A program made the translations under genes and the position numbers. The notes beneath the pieces are model-generated. The model searched no databases, was not told the origin of the DNA, and saw only the letters and a program-made list of their open reading frames with translations. DNA of 64,000 nucleotides from an uncultured bacterium (GTDB lineage: Bacteria > Patescibacteriota > Minisyncoccia > UBA6257 > 2-01-FULL-56-20). Location: assembly GCA_963718575.1 (NCBI GenBank), contig OY970358.1:578172-642171 (forward strand), given 5' to 3'. Positions 56,111 to 64,000 of the stretch are shown here, in pieces (the stretch's first letter is position 1; each line of letters starts with the position of its first letter).

Positions 56111-58381
56111 TTACGCCAATCTCTGATCGATCTTCTCCATATTCACATCGCGGGGTTTTGCGCCGTCGCCGGGGCCGATGAGGTCGGCGGCTTCCATGAG
56201 GTCGAGGAGGCGCGCGGCGCGGGCGTAGCCGACTTTGAGGCGGCGCTGGAGCAATGATGCGGACGCTTTCTTTGCTTCGGCAACGACGGCGACCGCTTCG
56301 TCGAACATATCATCCTCGCTTTCTTCATCGCTCTCGCCGCTCGCGTTGATGAAGTGATCGAAGCCGACGGGCATGATCGGCCCGGCCTTATCGATATTTT
56401 CCTCGCCATCGCTCTCCGACGGTTCGGGCGCTTCCACTTTGTTATTCTCTTTTATAAATTCAACAACGCTCTTAAGTTCATCTTCTGTGATATACGAACC
56501 TTGAATACGCTTCGGCTTGGAAAGTTCTGCGGAGAGGAAGAGCAGGTCGCCGTGGCCGAGCAATTTTTCCGCGCCGGCGCCGTCGAGGATTGTGCGCGAG
56601 TCGATCTGCGATGCCACCTGGAGCGCGACGCGCGCGGGGATGTTCGCTTTGATGAGGCCGGTGATCACTTCAACCGACGGGCGCTGAGTGGCGAGGAGTA
56701 AGTGGATGCCGGTCGCGCGCGCCATTTGCGCCAGGCGTACGATTGCGCCTTCCACTTCGCGGCCGAACGAGCTCATCAGATCCGCCATTTCATCGATGCC
56801 GATAAGGATGAAGGGGAGTTGGTCTTCGGCTTTTGCTTTCGCGTTATAGCTTTTTACGTCGCGGCTCCCGGCATGTTGCAAGATCTCATAACGCCGATCC
56901 ATTTCCTGGATGGCCCACTTCAAAACGCCGAGAGCCTTTTTATTCTCCGTGATGACCGGGGTGATCAAGTGGGGGATGCCGTCGTACATCGAAAGCTCCA
57001 CGCGCTTCGGGTCGATGAGTACAAGGCGGAGCGTTGCCGGAGAATTTTTATAAAGGAGCGATGTGATGAGTGAGTGCACCAGAATGGATTTTCCGGAACC
57101 GGTGGCGCCGGCGATCAGGATGTGCGGCATCTTCTCGATGTTCGCAAAAATCGGTTCGCCGGAAACGTCGCGGCCGAGCACGAAACCGAGCGGGCCGGAC
57201 TGCATGAACTCCGGATAGTTCATCAACGAGCCGAGGCGCACGAGCGCGGCGGTCTTGTTCGGCACCTCAATGCCGACGAGCGACTTGCCCGGGATCGGCG
57301 CCTCGATGCGGATCGGATGCGCCGCGAGCGAGAGCGCAAGGTCCTGGCTGAGCGCGGTGATGCGCGAGAGCTTTACGCCCTCCGCCGGCTTTAGTGTGTA
57401 GCGCGTGACCGCAGGGCCGACATTGATCTCTCCCATCTCGACCGGGATGCCAAAACTGTCGAGCGTGCGCTTGATGATGTTTGCGTGCGCGAGAAGGTCG
57501 CCGGTGGTCGGCTTACTCATGTCGGAGTTTAAAAGCGAAAGCGGTGGCGGGACGTAGTTCGTGAATACCGGTGCCTTCGCCGGTTTTTTTGCCGCTTTGC
57601 CGAGTTCTTCGCCATTTTTTGCGTGGACGACGGCCAGGTCTTCCTGCGCGCCGGACCTTCCCTCCTTCGCACCGGCATCGTTCTTTGAATCCTTTTTCTT
57701 TCCCGCCTTCTCGATTGCGGCCACTTCTTCATCTGCGCCGGTGACGAGGAGCGGGATATCTTCCTCGTCTTCCGTGCCATCTTCGTCATTCCACGGCCAG
57801 TTCACTTTGATCGGCACGTTCGCCGTCACAAGTACGGAGATGATAAGGATAAAGATGTCGATCGTCGTTGCGGCGATGACGCCGAACGGGCTTCGCAATG
57901 ATCCGAATACGATGCCGAGCCAGCCGCCGTGGCCGGGAGAGAGAAGTTCTATCAGGCCGAGCACGGAAAGGATAAGCAGCGTCGAGCCGATGAGCGTCGT
58001 GGCGAGGATGCGCTTTTGGCGGGAGAGCAGAAATACCGCCGCAGCGAAGAGCAGGGTGGCGGGCAGGATCAGGTAACCCCAGCCAAGGAGTGCGTTGAGT
58101 CCACTATATATAGCGGCGCCCGCCGGCCCGGCGATCGAAAACCATGCAAGCACAAGCACTGCGGCGACGCAGATAAAGCTGACCGCCCAGATACTGTTTC
58201 TTGTTTCCGCGTGGAGGTGCGGTTCGCGCGGCGCCGACTTCCGGGAATTTGCGTTCGCGGCCACGCGTTCGCCGCCGATGCCATTGCCGGAATTCGACCC
58301 GCCGTTCTTTCCTTTGTTCGCCCTCTTCTTTTTCTTCGCCATTACGTGATTTATTTTAACACCAGTTCGCGATTTCTGCAT
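56111..58381 (-). CDS. ftsK: DNA translocase FtsK/SpoIIIE.
   Basis: N-terminal transmembrane domain, GATGSGKS (Walker A) and a C-terminal gamma (winged-helix) domain. Confidence 0.9.
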   Translation of the reverse strand: MQKSRTGVKINHVMAKKKKRANKGKNGGSNSGNGIGGERVAANANSRKSAPREPHLHAETRNSIWAVSFICVAAVLVLAWFSIAGPAGAAIYSGLNALLGWGYLILPATLLFAAAVFLLSRQKRILATTLIGSTLLILSVLGLIELLSPGHGGWLGIVFGSLRSPFGVIAATTIDIFILIISVLVTANVPIKVNWPWNDEDGTEDEEDIPLLVTGADEEVAAIEKAGKKKDSKNDAGAKEGRSGAQEDLAVVHAKNGEELGKAAKKPAKAPVFTNYVPPPLSLLNSDMSKPTTGDLLAHANIIKRTLDSFGIPVEMGEINVGPAVTRYTLKPAEGVKLSRITALSQDLALSLAAHPIRIEAPIPGKSLVGIEVPNKTAALVRLGSLMNYPEFMQSGPLGFVLGRDVSGEPIFANIEKMPHILIAGATGSGKSILVHSLITSLLYKNSPATLRLVLIDPKRVELSMYDGIPHLITPVITENKKALGVLKWAIQEMDRRYEILQHAGSRDVKSYNAKAKAEDQLPFILIGIDEMADLMSSFGREVEGAIVRLAQMARATGIHLLLATQRPSVEVITGLIKANIPARVALQVASQIDSRTILDGAGAEKLLGHGDLLFLSAELSKPKRIQGSYITEDELKSVVEFIKENNKVEAPEPSESDGEENIDKAGPIMPVGFDHFINASGESDEESEDDMFDEAVAVVAEAKKASASLLQRRLKVGYARAARLLDLMEAADLIGPGDGAKPRDVNMEKIDQRLA

Positions 58382-58398
58382 TTGTTACAATTGAGGAT

Positions 58399-59187
58399 AT
58401 GCCGACACTCTCCCAAAAGGAACTCATCGTCTTCGATCTCGATGGTACGCTCACGCCCAGCAAGTCGCCGCTTGAACCCGCCATGTCCCGGGCGCTTACC
58501 GCACTCCTCGCCCAAAAAAAAGTTGCCGTGATCGGCGGGGGAAGCTATGAGCAGTTCACGAATCAGTTCATCAGGCGGCTTCATTGCCCGCCGGCGTTGT
58601 TAAAAAGTCTCTTTATCTTCCCCACCACTTCAATGGCATTCTATCGGTATCATGGCGGATGGAAGAAAGTGTATCGAAAAGTATTAAAAGAGAGCGAAAA
58701 AAAGAAGATCCTTCGCGCGTTCGACGAGGTGTACGATATGGTTGGCTATGTCCCGCCAAAAAAAATTTGGGGAGAAGTGATTGAAGATCGTGATACACAA
58801 ATGTCTTTTTCGCCGCTAGGACAAAAGATCGTCGATGAGCTCGGTTCAAAAAAAGGTATCGCTCTCAAAGAGCAATGGAGAAAAGAGAACAATCCTCTTC
58901 GTTTAAAGATAGTGAAGTTGTTGGGGAAGAAATTAAAAGGATTCGAGGTTCGCGCCGGAGGTATTACGACCATCGACATCACACGCAAAGGCATCGACAA
59001 GGCCTACGGCGTCCGGCAGATAGAAAAAGTATTAAAAATTCCCATAAAGAACATGGTGTTCATCGGCGATGCGCTCTATCCGGGCGGGAATGACGCGGCG
59101 GCAAAGAAAACGGGGGTGCAAACGATCGCGACGAGTGGGCCGAAAGAAACGATCACAATTATTAAAAAAATATTAAAAACGCGCTAA
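58399..59187 (+). CDS. HAD-superfamily hydrolase, subfamily IIB. Possibly eukaryotic-type phosphomannomutase-like.
   Basis: FDLDGTLT (motif I), VAVIGGGSYEQF and GDALYPGGND (motif IV). Confidence 0.5.
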   Translation: MPTLSQKELIVFDLDGTLTPSKSPLEPAMSRALTALLAQKKVAVIGGGSYEQFTNQFIRRLHCPPALLKSLFIFPTTSMAFYRYHGGWKKVYRKVLKESEKKKILRAFDEVYDMVGYVPPKKIWGEVIEDRDTQMSFSPLGQKIVDELGSKKGIALKEQWRKENNPLRLKIVKLLGKKLKGFEVRAGGITTIDITRKGIDKAYGVRQIEKVLKIPIKNMVFIGDALYPGGNDAAAKKTGVQTIATSGPKETITIIKKILKTR

Positions 59188-59226
59188 ACGTTGACGCGAA
59201 GGCGTCAAAAGCGTATATTCTGGGTA

Positions 59227-59706
59227 ATGCCAGATACGTTCATCAGCTCCCTCGGAATGAAGCTCACGGTGCCGGAAGTGGTGGCCGAGATCATCGCGTT
59301 CATGGGGACGGATCTGATGCGTAAATATAGAGTGACGATTGGCACCGATTCCCAGCTTCTCTCCAATAAAAATGCGGACTTCGTGAATGCCGTCGTCGTG
59401 CATCGTATCGGCAACGGCGGCCGCTATTTCTACCGTCGTTGGGAGCTCGGGAAGTTCCATACGCTTCGCGACAGAATGATACGAGAGGCGATGATCTCGC
59501 TTGAGGTCGCGCAAGGCGTGCTCGCGGAACTCAAAAAATTCCCGCTTCCGGAATTCGAGTTCGAGATCCACGCGGACGTCGGCATGAACGGTCCCACAAA
59601 GGCGGTAATCGCGGAGATCGTCGGCATGATCCGTGCAAACAATTTTGAAGTGAAGATCAAGCCTGATAGCTACGCGGCAACGAATGTCGCGGATCGGCAC
59701 GTATAG
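59227..59706 (+). CDS. Hypothetical protein, possibly of the DUF458 / YkuK-like RNase H-like fold.
   Basis: IGTDSQ motif region. Start assigned to MPDTF. Confidence 0.3.
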   Translation: MPDTFISSLGMKLTVPEVVAEIIAFMGTDLMRKYRVTIGTDSQLLSNKNADFVNAVVVHRIGNGGRYFYRRWELGKFHTLRDRMIREAMISLEVAQGVLAELKKFPLPEFEFEIHADVGMNGPTKAVIAEIVGMIRANNFEVKIKPDSYAATNVADRHV

Positions 59707-59721
59707 TTAGTTGTTAAAAAA

Positions 59722-60303
59722 ATGACATTAGACACCTTAGTGTTTGACATCGAAACACAAAACTTTTTTACCGACCCGGATGTGGGGTGGGATAATTATG
59801 ATGCGCTTAAAATCTCGGTCGTCGCGGTCTATTCGTATTTGGAAGATCGTTATTATTGCTACGAGGAGAACGAGATGGACAAGCTCGCGGAGCTCTTTGC
59901 CGATGCACGGCGCATCGTGGGGTTCAGTATGAATCGTTATGACATCCCCGTGCTCAATAATTATTTCCAGCGCATAAAGAATGCGCCGAAGTTGTGGGAG
60001 ATGGAGCGTGTGGATTTATTGGAAGAGATCGAGATGGCGACGGGGCAGCGCATCAGCCTCGATCGGCTTGCCGGCGCGAACCTCGGCTTGAGCAAGACGC
60101 ATCACGGTTCGGAGGCGGGCGCGCTCTACCGCGAAGGGAAAATAGAAGAGCTCAAAGAATATTGCGTGAACGATGTGAAGCTCACGAAGGAATTGTACAA
60201 TCTCTACCGCAAGCAGAATTTTTTACTGGTGCCGAGCAAAAAAACCGGCGAGACCATGAAAGTTGAGTTCGCGAACCTGGCGATCACGCCCTCATTACTA
60301 TAA
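59722..60303 (+). CDS. 3'-5' exonuclease of the DEDD (DnaQ-like) family.
   Basis: VFDIETQ (Exo I), FSMNRYDIPVL (Exo II) and YCVNDVKLTKELY (Exo III, DEDDy). Confidence 0.5.
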   Translation: MTLDTLVFDIETQNFFTDPDVGWDNYDALKISVVAVYSYLEDRYYCYEENEMDKLAELFADARRIVGFSMNRYDIPVLNNYFQRIKNAPKLWEMERVDLLEEIEMATGQRISLDRLAGANLGLSKTHHGSEAGALYREGKIEELKEYCVNDVKLTKELYNLYRKQNFLLVPSKKTGETMKVEFANLAITPSLL

Positions 60304-60312
60304 ACTTTATCT

Positions 60313-61518
60313 ATGAACCGACTTTATTTTGATAACGCCGCATCGACGGCGGTGGACCCCCGCGTGCTTCGTGCCATGAAGCCATATTTTTCGCGCGAGT
60401 ATGGGAATCCCGGCTCGCTCCATTCATTCGGCCAGAAGGCGATCGCCGCGGTGGACGCCGCGCGCGAGACGATCGGCAAGCTGATCGGTGTAAAACATTT
60501 CCGCGAGATCGTTTTTACGAGCGGCGCCACCGAAGCGAACAATCTTGCGCTCCGCGGCGCGGTGGAGTTCTATAAAGAACATCATCCGAATACCGTCCCC
60601 CCGCGTGTCATTATTTCTTCCGTCGAACACGAATCTATTTTTGAAACCGCGCGGGCGCTCGCGCGGTGTGGTGTTGAGATCATCACTCTGCCGGTCAACA
60701 AGGAAGGCGTCATTGATATCATGGCGTTGAAGAATGCCCTGAACGAACATACGGTGATCGTGTCGGTCATGCACGTGAACAACGAGACGGGAACCATCCA
60801 GCCTCTGCGCGAGATCAGGTTCATGATCGACGAGTTCCGGAAGAATTCCCCGCGCGCCGCGGGTGGTGCGTATCCGCTTTTCCATACCGATGCTGCGCAG
60901 TCGTTCCCTTATTTATATTGCGAGATCGGGACGCTCGACGTGGATATGATGACGCTCTCCGCGCACAAGATGCACGGGCCGAAAGGCGTCGGCGCGCTTT
61001 ATGTGCGATGGGACGAGAAGACGTTTCCTGAGGGCGGCGGGTATCCGCTCGCGGCGCAGGTGACCGGCGGCGGTCAGGAGTTCGACGCGCGCTCGGGTAC
61101 GGAGAACGTGCCGGGGATCGTGGGGTTCGCGCGCGCGGCGACTCTTGCCGCCGCCGAGCGCGGGAAGATCTCCGCGCGCGTCACCGCGCTCCGCGACGAA
61201 TTATGGAAACGCATTAAGACCATTGCGCCGGCAGCCGAGATCAACGGTCCGATGGGCGACGCAAAGGCCCCGCATATTTTGAACGTCTATTTCCCCGGCC
61301 ACGCAGCACAGGATTTGCTCACGCGTTTCGATCGCATGGGCCTCGCCGCGTCTTCCGGTTCCGCGTGCCGTTCGCGCGCAGTGGAATCGTCATACGTGAT
61401 CGAAGCGCTCGGATATGAAAAGGCGCGCGCCGTATCGAGCATCCGGTTCAGTCTGGGGAAAGGAACCACAAAGCGCGACATCGCCGCCGCGGCGAAGATA
61501 ATAGAGAAGGCGCTGTGA
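60313..61518 (+). CDS. Cysteine desulfurase (class V aminotransferase, NifS/IscS/SufS-like).
   Basis: FDNAAST, SAHKMHGPKGVGALYVR (PLP lysine) and the catalytic Cys region SSGSACRS. Confidence 0.8.
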   Translation: MNRLYFDNAASTAVDPRVLRAMKPYFSREYGNPGSLHSFGQKAIAAVDAARETIGKLIGVKHFREIVFTSGATEANNLALRGAVEFYKEHHPNTVPPRVIISSVEHESIFETARALARCGVEIITLPVNKEGVIDIMALKNALNEHTVIVSVMHVNNETGTIQPLREIRFMIDEFRKNSPRAAGGAYPLFHTDAAQSFPYLYCEIGTLDVDMMTLSAHKMHGPKGVGALYVRWDEKTFPEGGGYPLAAQVTGGGQEFDARSGTENVPGIVGFARAATLAAAERGKISARVTALRDELWKRIKTIAPAAEINGPMGDAKAPHILNVYFPGHAAQDLLTRFDRMGLAASSGSACRSRAVESSYVIEALGYEKARAVSSIRFSLGKGTTKRDIAAAAKIIEKAL

Positions 61519-61527
61519 TAAATAAAA

Positions 61528-61562
61528 AAATCCCTCCGGAAATGTTTTATTCCGGAGGGGTG
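61528..61562. terminator. Hairpin terminator. The T-tract is on the minus strand.
   Basis: CCCTCCGGA aatgttttat TCCGGAGGG preceded by AAAAAAA. Confidence 0.45.
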
Positions 61563-61576
61563 GAGGTAAGCGCCGC

Positions 61577-62704
61577 TTAATCGAATATTTTTTCGAGCGC
61601 TTCACGGATCGCAATTGGGTCGTGATAGATGCGTCCGTTCGCGTCGACTTTTATAGTCGATATTCGCACAAGGCGCGGATCGGTCTTTAATTCTTTTGTG
61701 GAGAGCCGAATTTTCCTTTCGAGGCGGTAGGCAAAGAGTGCGCGCTTTGGGATCGGCGCATCGTTATAGAGAATAACGTCGCAGGGTCGTCCCATTTTTA
61801 ATTCTATCTCACGAATGAAATCTTCTGCGGAATAGCCATCCGTTTCGCCGCGCTTCGTCATAATGTTAAGCACCACGATGATGCGGGCCTTTGTTTTTTG
61901 TAATGATCGCTTCATCCCTCGCGGAAGAAGAACGGGGGTGATGCTGGAGTAAAGATCGCCGGGGCAGATGATGCAGTAATCCGCGCCCACAACGGCATCG
62001 CTAGCTTGCGTTGACGCCCGTACTGCGGGCCGCAGATAGATGGACTTGATCGAATGGATATCTGCGGACCATAGTTGGTTGCTTGCAAGGTTGTCGATGT
62101 TTGTTTCTCCTGTCACGTTTCCGCCGAACTTAAGCTTTGCGCAAAGTTCGGCGCGTTCGAGCGAAATGGGGATGACGCGATGGGGATTTATCTCGCAGAT
62201 TCGATACATCAGCGCGAGCGCGTCGTCCTGCGATATTCCATCGGTCTGGCTTAGCCCGAGCAGAAGAAGGTTTTTGAGCGAGTGTCCGTGAAGGCATCCG
62301 CCCTCGAACCGGCGCATGAGCGCATCGGAAAGTTTCTTATCGGGACAGAGCGCCGCGATGCATTTTGTGAGGTCGCCGAGATATCCCAGGCATCCGTAGT
62401 CACGCATGAGAATTCCCGTCGATCCGCCCGAGTCGGTGCTCGGGCAGATCGCAGTGATGGCGATGTCGGGCAATGCTTTAAGCCCCTGAAGGAACTTGCT
62501 GATCGCGGCCTGGTGAGCCATTCGCAGAAAAAACAGAAACAGCAGTTTGTCCCGGAAGATCCGGCGATCCTTAAAACATTCTTTAAGGATGAGCGGCAAA
62601 AACTGGTCGGTATGCGGAAGGAGCTGACAAAATCGCTTCCCGCACTTGAGGCGTTCTATGCCACAAAGCGCGAGGATCCGATCATCAAAATCCACGACGG
62701 GCAT
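61577..62704 (-). CDS. YvcK/CofD-family (UPF0052, gluconeogenesis-factor-like) protein with a divergent N-terminus.
   Basis: ICPSTDSGGSTG...CPGDLYSSITPVLL...IMTKRGETDGYSA match the family. The usual N-terminal GGGTG loop is replaced by FLRMAHQAAISKFLQGLK. Confidence 0.55.
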   Translation of the reverse strand: MPVVDFDDRILALCGIERLKCGKRFCQLLPHTDQFLPLILKECFKDRRIFRDKLLFLFFLRMAHQAAISKFLQGLKALPDIAITAICPSTDSGGSTGILMRDYGCLGYLGDLTKCIAALCPDKKLSDALMRRFEGGCLHGHSLKNLLLLGLSQTDGISQDDALALMYRICEINPHRVIPISLERAELCAKLKFGGNVTGETNIDNLASNQLWSADIHSIKSIYLRPAVRASTQASDAVVGADYCIICPGDLYSSITPVLLPRGMKRSLQKTKARIIVVLNIMTKRGETDGYSAEDFIREIELKMGRPCDVILYNDAPIPKRALFAYRLERKIRLSTKELKTDPRLVRISTIKVDANGRIYHDPIAIREALEKIFD

Positions 62705-63159
62705 ACGGGAACCCGTCTTGTTCTGGAAGATGTTCTGAAAACCATGGCGGACGAAGCGGATAAAGTGTATCGCGTGTATTCCGCCGCAAACATTCGCGAG
62801 TACCTCTATTACAACTTCAGCAGTTTCTCGGAGCGGCGCATTAAAGCAAAGATCAAAGCGAGGGTCATTGCCATCGGCGCCGGCGGCGACATGCGCGGAT
62901 TGGACGAGCGCCGGTGGATCACCACCAAGCGTGGCGCGCCGGCATACATCATTATTTACGCAAAAAAGATGGCCATCATCTCTTTAAGCCAGGGAAGGCC
63001 CCACAGTGTGGTCATTGAAGACGCAGGGCTTGCCGAGACGCAAAAGCTTATTTTCGACTCGTTATGGAATAAGCTGGCAGCCGAGTGAAGCGTCGCGGGT
63101 CTTCATGAAACTTTTTTCTCAAAATCCTCGTATTAAAATACGAATATATAACACAGGGG

Positions 63160-64000
63160 GATGCATAGTAGAACTCAAAAGATCATTCTCGCCGTTTTGG
63201 GACTGATAGCGATAGTCCTGCTTGTCGGCGCTATTCGGAGCACTCCCAATGCATCCGGCGCGCAGACTTCTGCGCCGATATGGACAAATCCGTTCAGGGC
63301 ATTCTGGAATGACCTCACGCATCCGCTCGCGTCGCACAACGGAGCTGGCGGCTCGCTTGGCGCCGCCCCCGTTACCGGATCCTCATCGACCGGACCATAT
63401 CAGCCTGCCGACCAATACGAGGCTGATGTTATCGCGGCCGCGCAGAAAGCGTCGCCGGCGGTGGTCTCCGTCACCATTTCCGAGAACGTGCCGGTCGTGG
63501 AAAATTGCCCGTACGATCCGATGAGCAACCTCCCTCAGCAGTTCCAGCAATTCTTCGGCGGCGATTTTGGGTTGAGCCTTCCGACTTCCACGCCGTGCGA
63601 CACCGGCCAGACCCAACTGCAGGAAGTCGGCGGAGGCTCCGGATTCATTATTTCTTCCAACGGATTGATCTTAACGAACAAGCACGTGGTATCCGATACG
63701 AACGCACAATATTCCGTTTTGACGAACGATGGCAATACCTATACGGCGAAAGTGCTGGCACGTGATCCGGATCAGGATCTCGCGGTGTTGAAGATCGACG
63801 CGACGAATCTGCCGACAGTGTCACTTGGCGATTCCGATAGCCTTGAACTCGGTCAGACTGCGATCGCGATCGGCAACGCGCTCGGCCAGTTTTCCAACAC
63901 CGTTTCCGTCGGCGTCGTCTCTGGCCTTGGCCGCACGGTGACGGCCACTTCGCCGGACACCGGCACGGACGAGACGATCTCGGGCGTCATCCAGACCGAC
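63160..64000 (+). CDS. HtrA/DegP-like trypsin-family serine protease. Partial: it continues beyond the window end.
   Basis: N-terminal transmembrane helix, GSGFIISSNGLILTNKHVV (His region) and DLAVLKID (Asp). The ORF track missed it because no stop lies inside the window. Confidence 0.75.

Noticed and set aside
62282-63088. 268-aa plus-strand ORF.
   Set aside because: Antisense to the YvcK/CofD-family gene.
1-64000. CRISPR arrays or rRNA genes.
   Set aside because: No regularly spaced direct repeats and no rRNA-like conserved stretches were seen anywhere in the window.

Overview
This 64 kb window is a bacterial chromosomal segment of mixed base composition that combines a housekeeping backbone with several accessory, probably mobile, insertions.

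Backbone genes read from the sequence are smpB, argS, ileS, trpS, rdgB, RNase J, secG, gyrA, rpsO, pnp, recA, ftsK, an NRAMP transporter, a cold-shock protein, a DsbA-like protein, a cysteine desulfurase, an HtrA-like protease, and tRNA-Leu(CAG) and tRNA-Leu(TAG).

Accessory content:
1. A partial large serine recombinase at the left edge (1-610, minus strand).
2. A 2.96 kb element bounded by perfect 26-bp inverted repeats (3975-6922). It carries a co-oriented IS1595-family transposase, a Dam-type N6-adenine methyltransferase and a small PD-(D/E)xK nuclease. This looks like an insertion-sequence-borne restriction-modification cassette.
3. A tandem array of five paralogous small proteins with the TrbC/VirB2 pilin topology (40570-43862). 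One of them is fused to an M15/LAS-type zinc peptidase domain.
4. An XerC/D-family tyrosine recombinase next to tRNA-Leu(TAG).

Unusual points:
- IleRS carries a roughly 200-aa histidine-phosphatase (PGAM-like) domain inserted between its zinc knuckle and the DLHRPYIDD segment, and a free-standing paralog of that domain lies two genes downstream.
- ileS, rnj and a membrane-anchored secreted protein each show an apparent 1-nt frameshift. Sequencing or assembly indels are the likeliest cause.
- Several genes have a -10 hexamer only 6-9 nt upstream of the start codon, which suggests leaderless transcripts.
- There are candidate structured RNAs: a GC-rich element between smpB and argS, a short RNA bounded by a promoter and a terminator at about 55444-55521, a 34-bp-arm palindrome at 55278-55406, and long hairpins after gyrA and pnp.

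No CRISPR array and no rRNA gene is present. An ultra-small (CPR-like) source organism is inference only, from many small secreted or membrane proteins, the pilin-like genes and the leaderless promoters. All calls rest on reading the sequence and recalling family motifs; no searches were run.
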